In this document: positions 40,102 to 51,081 of the stretch, in pieces | Layout of the letters: every line of letters starts with the position of its first letter | Numbering within the stretch: position 1 is the first letter of the stretch | NCBI GenBank assembly: GCA_001179505.1 | Contig: CDMY01000221.1 | Coordinates: forward strand, 98,636-162,635 | Reading direction: 5' to 3' | DNA: 64,000 nucleotides | From: Vitrella brassicaformis CCMP3155 | Lineage: Eukaryota > Protista > Chromerida | Notes under the pieces: generated by a model | Databases searched by the model: none | Seen by the model: only the letters and a program-made list of their open reading frames with translations | Told to the model about the DNA's origin: nothing | Translations under genes and position numbers: made by a program

Positions 40102-42578
40102 ATGGAGGAGGACGACAAGAACATTGTTCCTCCGCCATACTCGCCGGTTGCAGGTCAGCCAGGACTTTAGAGGGATTGCATCATTGTTCCGTTCTGCCTG
40201 CAGGTGACACTGTCAGGAGGAAGCCGGGCAAGAAGAAGAACAGGGAGGAGAAGAAAGGCGAGAGGCAGCAGAGGCCACCCTCGCGGCAGCGAGAGCAGCG
40301 CAGCAAGAGTCCGCAACCTGAGCTCCAACAGCAGAACGACAATGAGCGACGCAGGCAAGCGCTCCAGAAGACGAGAGGATGCTCAAGTCTGTCGTCTTGG
40401 TTGTTGCTTCTCCTCAGGAGCCAGCGGTACGTCAGCACCGAGCAGCCTGAACCAAACGTCCCAGCATCAACGTCATCTGGCAAGAAGGGCAAGGAGCAGG
40501 GCCAGACGGACCAGCCAAAGCCAGGTACCGTTCCCAGCGCCAAGAGCCGGTCTCGGTTCAGCGTCATCAAGCCAGAAGACTCCCCACCTCCACCGGCATT
40601 CGCCCATGGCGCCTCACCCGCCAGGAGCGGCCCTGAGGGTCAGCCTTCCACACGAGGCATGACATTGGGTGAGGAGACTGCCAAGTTGGCAGAGGAGAAG
40701 CGGCGACTCGAATACGAGATGAAGAAGCTGGCGTCTGAGAGGGAGTGTCTCGAGTTGGAACAGCAGGTCAGGAAGGAGAGGGAGGCCCTCGAGGCATTGA
40801 AGAAAGAGCGACCTGGCCACCAGCAGCAGCAGCATCAGCAGCAGCAAAGGAGCCAGCCGTCCGTCAAGGCCGCCAGCATCCCCTCTGTGCCGCCCCACCT
40901 GGCCGCCCAGCAACCGAGGCGCAACTCTGTCATCATGGCGGAGCACCCCTGGACCGACCCCTCACAGACGCAGGAAGGAGGGGAGACACCCATCCGGAGT
41001 GGCCGCAGAGACACGGAGGCCGATATGCCCGCCGTGCCAGCCCCGGGGCCACATACGACTGTGTACCCATTGACCGAGATATCTGTGTATACAATGGGCG
41101 GCCAGTGCTTCACCGTGTACGAGATCGGTGATGCCATCGACCAACAGCCGGAGGCCCTGGGGTGGTCTCGAGTGGCCGGCGACACGGCAACACTTGCGGG
41201 GTCGCCATTTAATGTCGTAGACGTGTCACAAGACAGGAGGACCTCGATGCGGCGAATCACACTGACGGCCGCGGGCATCCATGCCAGCGAGAAGCCACAG
41301 GGGAAGGGGGCTCCTTCGGAATGCGCCGTGGGCAAGTTTGAGGAAAATGCTCAGACTCCGGTGAGTGAGCTGCAGCAGGAGATGCAGCACCGTCAGGTGG
41401 CTGAAGTGTCGGGATGGGTCAAGAAGAAGGCTCGATATGGGCTCTGGAAGGACCGGTACATGCGTCTGCGGGATGGTGCGCTGCTCTACCACAGCGATGC
41501 CAAGAAGGACAGCACCCCCAATGGTGAGCAGACCGGAGAAAGGCTGTAAACCATAACATAGTTGAGTCTGTGTCTCTTCCTTATGCGTCGTCAGCGGTCT
41601 TTCCCTTCTGGTCACACATTGTCCGGGGCCAGGTGAGCACCCACCGCACGCATCCGTCCATGGCTGGGCGGCTGATGAGTTAGTCCGTCTTTCTGCATCT
41701 CACTAATCAGGCTCATCCAAAGGAGACGCAGCAATTCACGTGAGACACGAGCTACCCGGGAGAACATGTATATGTATGTGTACCCATAGATAATGATCTG
41801 TTTGCTCCCTCTTCTTGCCTCGGTTGCTTAGCGTGAGCTACGACGATCTCAATGGCGACGCGAGAGACCTGCACTTGTAACCAGATAAACCAGAGAGAGG
41901 GATTTAGCGGATGGATGTCCGTCCATCCATCCATCCATCTAGTTCCTCATGTCTGCTGCGTATTCAGTTCATCGCGTGATGCGTCGAGGAGTGGGCAGGG
42001 ATGGGTGGATCTGATCAACAAATACACCATGCGAACCGCCATGCAAATCGCTCTGGTCGGTGAATGAAGACACATACATACAACCAGGGACGGGATTGAG
42101 GAACCGAGGGAGACACGAGACCATGCAGCCAGCCCCATGTGTGTGTTCTCAGTATCACTATGAGGACATTTTGGTGTCGTACAATGAGTGGTACTACAAG
42201 GACCCCGCCAATGTGGAGCGGGGTCCCTTCCCGCTCCTTCATCTTCTATGGTGGCATCAGAACGGCATGCTGTGTGACGCCACCCCAGTCAAGATGCGTG
42301 GCCACCAGTCATTTCAACCTCTGGGCAACGGCGACGCCCTCAGGTGAGGATGAGCGTATCGACGCGGCATGGCAGACTGGCACCGCAGCAAGAAGCATCC
42401 TGTCTCAGAGTAGCCATGTCTGTCTCTGTCGGTGGTCTGTGTGTCTGTGTCTGTGTGCCTGTGCATGTGCAGGGAAGCGGCAGTGCGTTGGCAGCACGTG
42501 TGTGACAGTGAGGACTTCCTGAGGGCGTTCCCCCTGGCCACCAGTGGAGATGACGAGGAACATGAGCGGCAGGACTGA
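40102..42578 (+). CDS. Coiled-coil, PH-domain and GYF-domain protein
   Basis: PH-like VSGWVKKKARYGLWKDRYMRLRDGALLYH...KGDAAI...WVDLINKY. GYF-like EWYYKDPANVERGPFPLLHLLWWHQNGML. Start inferred at MEEDDKNIVPPPY. Confidence 0.7.
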
Positions 42579-43410
42579 CGAGTAGATGAGTGTGAAGGCT
42601 TTCTTGAGGCAGGCAGGCATTTGGCACGATCGGGCGTGTGAGGAGTAGTACTGTTGAACTTTGTTCATCGTTTTTCAGCTGAGTATATCATGCATAATAC
42701 ACTGATAAGTCTTGTAGGGTCATGCAACGTGTTCATAAATGCACTAAGGCGTCTTGCTGTTCGCCGTGTCGCCCCCGCCCGCCCGCCCGCCAGCCAGCCA
42801 GCCAGCCAGGCAGCCAGCCAGGAAGGATGAACCATAAGAACTAAATAACGCGCTTCCTCCTCTCACAACCCCATAGGCTATGAAGAAGGGGAAGACCAAG
42901 GTTCGATGGATATATGAGAAAAACACAAGACTCGAAAGCTTAGAACACGTTTCGTCATCGAGTGCTAGCTATAGGTGGGGGTGCACCCAAGGAGATGCTC
43001 GTACGTATGCAGGTAGGTATGTATGTATGTACGTATGTACGTGTGGTTGTGCCCGTCCGTCCCCACGCCACCTACTATCAAAGGACCGCACAGACGCCTT
43101 TCGCATCATCGATCTCACTCACCCCGTCCCCAGAGATCGACGCAAAGCAAGGCGTCCGTGCAGCCCACATCATGACGCGCAATGCACGTCAGTCCGTCGG
43201 TTCGAGACCCGGCTACCGCCGTCCCCCTCCCCGGATCAAAACAAGGGCGACCGGCTGCTGTGTCAATCACTGACGCTACACCACGCCACGTAAGGTGTGT
43301 ATGTGTGTATGTATGTGTGTGTCAGAGAAAGGCCCCCAGCAAATGGCGCTGCTACCTTGTCGCCCACTGGCACCCACCCCCATCACACATCCCACAGGCC
43401 TATGGATCGA

Positions 43411-44743
43411 TCAGACCTTGACTGCCTCGGTGTTTGTGGCAGTGTCTGCATCCACGTCCTCGAGAGCCACTTTGTTGCTTCTGCTAGCCTTGGTGTCTCC
43501 CATCTCCTCTGCCTCGCTCGCATCGGTGTGCTCCAGCCCCTTGAGCCCCGGGACGAAGAACCGCTGCGCCCACAGGGCCACGTAGACGAGGCCAAGCAGC
43601 ATGGGGACCTCGATGAGGGGGCCGATGGTCGTGGCCAGTGCTTGCTGGCTGTCGATGCCGTACGTCGACACCGCCACGGCTGCACACACAGACAAGACAA
43701 GAAAAAGGCATTCATGAGGGAAGCGACGACAAATGTCGTCTTGTCCGCTGACCAATCGCGAGCTCAAAGTTGTTTGACGACGTCGTGAAGGCCTGCGTGA
43801 CAGTCACCTCGTACGTCATGCCGATCGCCTTGACGATGAGGAAGGTCGAGACGAAGGTGATGCCGAAGTAGAGGATCAGCGGCACCGCCACGCGACACAC
43901 ATTGCCGATCTCATCTATCACTCTTTCACCCTGGGCGGCGAACATGACGACGATTGTGAAGAGCAAGCCCACCAGCGCCAGAGGGCCCATGACCGGCATG
44001 AGCTTGTTGTCGTACCAGTCGCGCAGGCCGCACATGCCGCGGATGATCAGCCGTGTGAGGAAGCCTGCGACTACCGGGATGCCGAGGAAGATTGCGACGC
44101 TCTTGAGGATCATGACAAGAGACACATTGACGACATCGTCGCTGCCGCCGAGAAGCTCTATGTAGATGTAGGCGAATGGAGAATAGAGAAATATCTGCAG
44201 CACACTGTTAACCGCCACCAGCACGGCGCAAAACTCGCTGTGTCCGCTAGCCAGCATGTTCCAGATCAGCACCATGGCGATGCACCGCGCCAGCCCCACC
44301 ATGATAATCCCGACTCTGAAGGCCGGCAGGTCGGGCAGCGTCGCCCAAGCCAGCGCCGTCATCAGGGCAGGCCCGATGATCCAGTTGAGAACGAGGCTGA
44401 GTAGCAGCTGCTGCAGGAAGCCTTTGTAGCGAAAGATCTCGGGCAGTTTTTCGTACCGAACCTTGCACAGGACGGGGTACCTGACACACACAGGGAGGGC
44501 ACCAGACGGACAACTCAGATGACGTGAGAGGTTAGCTTGTCCCTGGACGTCTTACATCATGACGAGCAATCCGACAGCGATGGGTATTGAGACTCCCTCT
44601 ATCTCTCCCTGGTCCCACAGCACCCGAATGCCGGTGTTGTAGTAGCCCAGGAGAATGCCACCCGCCATCGCCACGAGGACGAGAATGGGAAGAAGCTGGT
44701 CCAGCAGACCGAGCTGGCGGACGACGCTCCGCTGCTGTCCCAT
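43411..44743 (-). CDS. ACR3: Arsenite efflux transporter, ACR3 family (3 exons)
   Basis: [56 protein letters not shown] and GPLIEVP motifs; about 10 hydrophobic segments. Confidence 0.95.
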
Positions 44744-44885
44744 GCCGCAACGCTGTCAGCTTCTGCCGATTTTTCGCCTGTCGTCAGCGACTCAAATCTA
44801 CTTCAAGGACGTGTGAGCGGTCAGATCTTTCCTTATCCTTTCCAGCGGAAGAATCCAAAAACATTTCACGAGCAGCTTCCGGTCT

Positions 44886-44892
44886 GCGAGCT
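44886..44892 (+). promoter_or_regulatory. GCGAGCT motif in divergent spacer
   Basis: tGCGAGCTa between 44743 and 45007. Confidence 0.5.
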
Positions 44893-45006
44893 AGGCGGAG
44901 AGGTGTTCACTGTATGGGGCGGTTCTGGGAAATCTACCTGTCAGAGAAGGCCCTTTGCTGCCTATGTAGGAAGACGAAAGCGTCGGTCCCGTAGTTTTCT
45001 TTTCCG

Positions 45007-46985
45007 ATGTTCGGCTCAGCCTCGCTGGCGCGGCTGCTGATCTGCAGCGTGGCAGTGCTCCAGCCATTGGTGCTCCAGCTGGTGTCTGCCCATAGAGAGG
45101 AGTACAGCCCCCGTGACAGAAACCACGTCGCAGCCCGACGCTGGCGCCGGCTGCAGGAGGCAGACGCAGGAGCACCACCGAATCTGACCGCCGAGAGCAC
45201 GAGGGTGGACATATGGCCACAGATAGAGGAGAGGGTGACGCAGCAAGGAGGGTTCACTGAAGTTGCCGACGCATTGCAGGTGCGCACAGCGCGACTGCCT
45301 GTCGGCATCCGTCACTTGTTGTCTGGTCTGGTGTGTGTTGCCAGGCGGCTCTGGACATCGCTGTCGAGTATAATGGCGCTTATGGTAAGGCAAAGGCGGC
45401 TGCCAGGTCATGGCGCGGCTGCAGCACTCACTGCACGTGTGTTTCCTTTTCCGGCTTACCTTCAGGGAGCGGCATTCTCCGAATCGAGAGCAGTGATCGT
45501 GATGTTGGCCTCCTCTTTGCCGGCGCCTCCGGCAATGTCAAGAACAACTCCGATCCGTCAGATGAAGCCACCACATAGTAAGTGCGGCACCCTTGCCCCG
45601 TGACGGCACACCTAGACACGGCACTGTTGTTTTATTTTGCCTGCAGTGCTATGCCATTCGAGATTGCGTCGATAGGGAAGATGTTTACAGCCGCGGTCAT
45701 CCTGCAGCTGCGGGATGAGGGCCTGCTGGACCTCGACGACACGATCGCCCAGTACCTGTCCTTCAGCAACCAGTTCGTGCGGCCGAGCGAGCTGTCGGTG
45801 ACTTCTGAGGGTGGGGGGTTCGTCATCCCTGCCAGCCTGCACCACTACGACGGCGACATCTACACGGCAAACCTGACGATCCGGGAGCTGCTGAGCCACA
45901 CGAGCGGTGTGGTCGATTACTGGGAGCTGGAAGAGTTCTGGGACGACTATGAGGCTGATGCTGATCGGTACTGGTTCGGCGTCGATACGCTCATCTACCC
46001 TGCCGAAGAGGAGGCGCGGTTCGTGCCCAGTGATGGGTCCAACTTCCACTACACCGACACGGCCTATGTGGTGCTGGGGCTCGTCATCGAGAGGATTGAG
46101 GAGAAGAAGCTCTCGCAGGTCTACCGTGAGCGGATATTCGACCCACTACGGCTCAACTCGACCTACTCCCAGTACCGGGAAACCCGCCCGTAAGCGACAC
46201 ACACGCATGATAACAGAGGGAAGCGACAAGGGTGAAAGGCAAGGCGAGCTTCCCGTGCTGTGTGTTGTCATTCATTCATTCAGGAGCGTCAAGCGCGAGG
46301 TGAGTCGGTACGCCATCGAGGGCGGGTTGGGGATGGTGGACATGACAAACACCTTGAGGAACACGGCTGAGTGGGCGGGCGGATGCATGGCCAGTGATGC
46401 GGGAGACCTGGCTCTCTTCCTCTTCCGGCTGCTGAATGGCAGTCTGGTGTCACTCGAGAGCCGACAGGAGATGCAGCGCTTCGACATCGGCAGCCCGTCA
46501 TACGGACTCGGTAGGTCGCACCCACACACAGACGCACACTTCGGAACACACTGTGTGTGTTGTGTTGTGTTGGCGTAGGTCTGAGCAAGCAGACCATTGA
46601 GACTGATGAGGAGACAGTGACTCTGCTGGGCCACAGCGGCTACGGGCAGGCTTTCGCCTACTTCTCTCCCGAGCTGCGTGTGGCCATCACGGGGTCGCTC
46701 AACAACAACCTCAACAGCGCCAACCAGCTACTGGAGGCCCTGGTCAAGGCACTCGCCTACTACAACCCCAAACCCATCAACGATGATGTCATCGACGATG
46801 ACCCAATCGACGATGACATCATCAGGCTGCCCCCTGGCAACACGACACAGGCACAGGGCAGCAACAACAGCAGCAACGGGACGGCCGCGGGAGAAGCAGG
46901 TGGGCCCAACAAGGGGAGCGCCAAGGGCAAGGGCGCGAGGGCGAAGGAGGGGGAGAAGGATACCCGGCTGCGGAACAGGCAATAG
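45007..46985 (+). CDS. Secreted serine hydrolase, class C beta-lactamase / D-Ala-D-Ala carboxypeptidase superfamily
   Basis: SxxK (FEIASIGKMFTA), LLSHTSG, the YxN position read as YTD, and GHSG. Signal peptide present; Asp-rich C-terminal tail. Confidence 0.85.
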
Positions 46986-47087
46986 GGGGATACGTGTGGG
47001 CGGGGTGTGGACGGGAGGGGTCGAATTGGCTAACCATGTCGGTCTTTTGTAAGGGTGTAAATGGTGTTTTGTGTGTGAGGGTGGTGT

Positions 47088-47387
47088 NNNNNNNNNNNNN
47101 NNNNNNNNNNNNNNNNNNNNNNNNNNNNNNNNNNNNNNNNNNNNNNNNNNNNNNNNNNNNNNNNNNNNNNNNNNNNNNNNNNNNNNNNNNNNNNNNNNNN
47201 NNNNNNNNNNNNNNNNNNNNNNNNNNNNNNNNNNNNNNNNNNNNNNNNNNNNNNNNNNNNNNNNNNNNNNNNNNNNNNNNNNNNNNNNNNNNNNNNNNNN
47301 NNNNNNNNNNNNNNNNNNNNNNNNNNNNNNNNNNNNNNNNNNNNNNNNNNNNNNNNNNNNNNNNNNNNNNNNNNNNNNNNNNNNNNN
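47088..47387. other. Assembly gap (300 N), intergenic
   Basis: Run of N. Confidence 1.
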
Positions 47388-47619
47388 CGACTGATCGCAT
47401 AGCAATCCGTGTGTGTGTGTGTACAGATTTCCTGCTGCCTGGTCCCCCCACTGGACCGACCTGTGGGCGTGGCGTGCGTCCTGCCAATGTAAGTGTATAT
47501 ACATACCCTCCTTGAAGCCTATATACTCATATCTGCATACATACATACATCCGTCATGCCTTCATGAGGCGCCTGGCTATGCTGCGTCGTTCATGCCTCC
47601 TGAGTGAGTGATTGTGACT

Positions 47620-48080
47620 ATCTAATGAATGAATGGGACAAACAGAACAGACAGACAGACAGACAGGTGGATCGGATCGGATCGGATTGGATTGGACAGA
47701 GAGAGAGATTTCTTTGTGCGTACATGTCGACCCGTTTAGAAGTAGAGGTGTTCATCATGCTCCATCCATCCATCCATCTAGCCATCCATTCCATTCCACC
47801 TTGCCTTGTGTGCGTGTCCGCTCGAACCTGTCAAAGCACATGGGGGGGCGGGCGGCCAGACCCACAGCGAAGTGAGATGGTTTTTTGTATCCATCCTTTC
47901 TGTTTTATTAGGGTGCTGACTGACTGATTGATTGATTGATTGGTTCACTGATTGATTGATTGGTTGATTGATTGGTTGGTGCGGCGCGGTGCGGCGCGGT
48001 GCAGTGTGAGTATGCATACACACGGCGCGGCGTAGCGTAGCGTAGAGTTAAGTGTGTGAGTGCACGCAACAGTGGCACCC
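47620..48080. repeat. Microsatellite-rich intergenic tract (GACA, GGATC/GGATT, CATC, GATT, GCGGT, CGTAG)
   Basis: Directly visible simple repeats. Confidence 0.9.
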
Positions 48081-48717
48081 GTGTGTGTGTGTGTGGATGT
48101 TGCCTTTCTGTGTTCGTTCGGGGTACCAGCCAGCCGTGATCGAGGCGTGCAGATGCCATCATGTGCGCGTGTGGTGCGTTTTGTCCCCCTCCGGCCCCTG
48201 ATGCCAGCGATGCCATTCCTTTCTTTCATCCTTCTCTGCATGGCCTGCCTGCCTGCTTGTCTGTCTGTCTGCCGGATTGGCGAACCGACCGACCTCTGAA
48301 GCCTGTCACATGCAGTGCTGGATCAAGACATTGATTGATGCTGAATCAAGAGAGAGGCCCACACTGTGGCACTGCTTCCCTTTATGTGCTCGTGCATGCT
48401 ATGCATGCCTTCCTTGTGTGGATGGATGACTCTGTCTGTCTGCATTTGTGTGTGAGTTTATCTGTGACGAGACGTTGAGAGTGACTGACGTGAATGACGG
48501 ACGACAGTGAAGTTGATTGAGAGTGACTCGGTCGGTCAGGCAGTCAGTCATGACATCAACACTGCGGATACGTCACGTCCACTGCCGCCGCGCCTACAGT
48601 CAGTCACCTCCCGACCCACCCACGTGTCGTGTCGTGTCGTGTCGTGTCGAGTCAACCCACACAAGAAGGAAAAAACCCCAGTCGACTGCCATCTGTCTGT
48701 CTGTCTGTCCGAGTCCG

Positions 48718-50885
48718 TCACGAAGTGTTCATCTGCTGTGGCATCGTTTTGTCGAGTTTGTCCATGGCCTCTTCCACCGTGGCGTACGCGTCCTTCTTGG
48801 GCTGGAAGAACCTGCGCCTGTTCCTGGGCTCCTGCAGCCACGCCAGAAACAAACGGCACCTGCACACACACACACAGGGCACACAGAGAGCACTTAGAGA
48901 TGCACTCACTCAGAGATACGGAATGGGTGTCCATAAATGTTCGACGTGTCTGTCTGTCTGTGTATGTCTGACCGGTCCATGACGTTGGCCATGGCTCCCT
49001 CTTCTAGCACAGCCCTGGGTGCGGCCGCGAGCATCTTAGGCAGGCGCACGAAGAGCCGCAGCAGGTAGATGCCGCCCGCCACCTCACTGGGCTTGGGGAA
49101 GTCCTCACGCACACTGCCGCTCCCCGCACGCTGCGGAGACACCGGCGACTCGCCCCCCTCACTCTGGCCGTGGGCACCGCTGATAGAGGATGGACAAACA
49201 GACAGACAGACAGTAAAGGCATGACCAGACATGCCACCAGGGCCGCGTGCGGTAGTATCGAGCCGGCTCACGTGTCCTGGTTGGCCAGGTAGTTGTCTCT
49301 GATGCGGGTGAAGACGGCTTTGACGTAGGCCATCTCGTCCTCGGTCACCAGGTGCGACTCGAAGTAGGTGTCGAAGTACCACTCAACCGCAGCAGCAAAA
49401 TCAACCAACACAGTCTGGCTGGCCTCCGTCTTGGGCATGCTCAGCTGACTCCCGCCACCTGCTGGCGACGCTGCTGCAGCGGCGGCCGCGGCGGCAGGCG
49501 CAGGCGCAGCTGCTGCTACATAGACGACACAAGCAGCAAAGAAGGAAGCCAAATGGATGGATGGATGGATGAGTGGTATTGTGTTTTGGTGTTCTACATA
49601 CCCTGTGTGTCGGATGCCGCTGCAGCAGCTGCTGCGGGCGCCTCGAGTCGCTGCCGCTTGTTGGGCTCGAACTCCGAATCTCCATCCAGATGACGCTCCA
49701 GGATGCCTGACACACATCACAAGACAACACAACACAACACCAGAAAACAAGCTCACACCTCCCGCTGCCCGACCGCCCCCCTTCGGTCATTTGCTCACTC
49801 ACTTGTGTCGACCTTCCTGTCCCAGATGGGGTGCCCCTGCTGTCGCCCCTTGGTGTGGCGCACCGACCGCCGCTCCCGCTCGACATCCATGCGCGACTCG
49901 CCGTCGGCACTGTCGTCGTCGTCGCTGGTGCCCCGTGCCTTGTCGTGCTGCTGCTTCTGGAAGTCGAGGATGATGTCGTAGACGGAGATGGGTGCGGGGA
50001 GGAGTGGCACCTTGCCGTCCTGCACCATCTCCCAGTCCTGGTTGATCCTCTTCTTGAGGTCCTCGGGGATGGCCATCCTGTCCCACAGGTGCTTGTAGTG
50101 CTTCTGGTTCGTGTCGGCCGATGATGTGTCGACGGGCAGGACGCGACGCTGGCTCTTGTAGGCCTCCATCTGGCTCTGGCACTGCTTGCACTTCCACACG
50201 AACTCGTCGCTCAGCGGGTCGATCGACTCGCGACGCTCGCCCACCACAATGCACTTCGCCAGATCAGCCTCCAGACACTTCTGGTGACACCAACTGCAAC
50301 ACACACACACACACACACACACACATCCAGTCCTGTGCACGTGCCTGTGGTGTGTGTGTGTGTGTCACCGCTCGCAGAAGTTGCACCCGACCCAGGGATT
50401 GCCGTCCTCGTCCGGATACTCCTCAAACACAATCTGGTAGCAAAACGGACTGCACACAACAGCGCACGCGAGACGCACCAAGAGACCACGGATGCCGAGA
50501 CGATAACGGAGTGACAGACTGCTCTGCTGACCCACCAGTATCGCTTCTCTTTGTAGGATTTGTAGCATTGGCTGCAGTAGACGTTCTTGCTGTCCTTGCG
50601 GCCGCCGGGCGGCAGGTGCCGACGGTCAACGAACCCTCCAACATTCTGCAGGCGTGACACCACATATCCACCGTGCGATTGCGGTTGAGTGACTCAATTG
50701 GAGTGACTGCTCATTTGTTTGGCACGTGCCTCACTGACCTTGAGGTTGAGTAGGGTGGGCTCATTCTCGCCGGGCGGATGGTCCTCGTCTGCGTTGCAAA
50801 GGATGTTGGAGCACTTGGTTCCCTGATGCCCCTTCATCCACCGCACTAGAGTCGGGTCGACCTCCTGCTGCTCCTCCATGCTCAT
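48718..50885 (-). CDS. Zinc-finger/PHD plus MRG-domain protein (EAF3/MRG15-like, no chromodomain seen)
   Basis: MRG motifs IPEDLKKRINQDWEMV...LPAPISVYDII, YFDTYF..HL and PSEVAGGIYLLRLFVRLPKML. PHD CYQIV...WVGCNFCERWCHQKC...WKCKQC. Additional upstream Cys pairs. Confidence 0.8.
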
Positions 50886-51017
50886 CTCGACGAGGTATGC
50901 AGTAGCACAAGATCAGAGTATCCTTGCTCGACGGCTGGCAGGGTTGCCCAAGGTCCAAATGCCAAGCAACCCTTGCTCAGCTCCCACAGAGAGCGGTTTC
51001 ACGGAGCTCCTAAATTT

Positions 51018-51024
51018 GCGAGCT
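51018..51024 (+). promoter_or_regulatory. GCGAGCT motif in divergent spacer
   Basis: aaatttGCGAGCTt between 50885 and 51082. Confidence 0.55.
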
Positions 51025-51081
51025 TGAAGCCAGAAGGCAAACTGTATGAGTAGAGGAGTTAGACACAAGGAAGGAGTAAGT

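Noticed and set aside
43411-44743. Bacterial ars operon or contaminant contig
   Set aside because: The gene has spliceosomal introns with host-type microsatellites, and no arsR or arsC lies nearby.
45007-46985. Antibiotic-resistance beta-lactamase
   Set aside because: The fold superfamily includes many esterases and peptidases, the YxN motif is altered, and the gene has spliceosomal introns. No evidence for beta-lactam hydrolysis.
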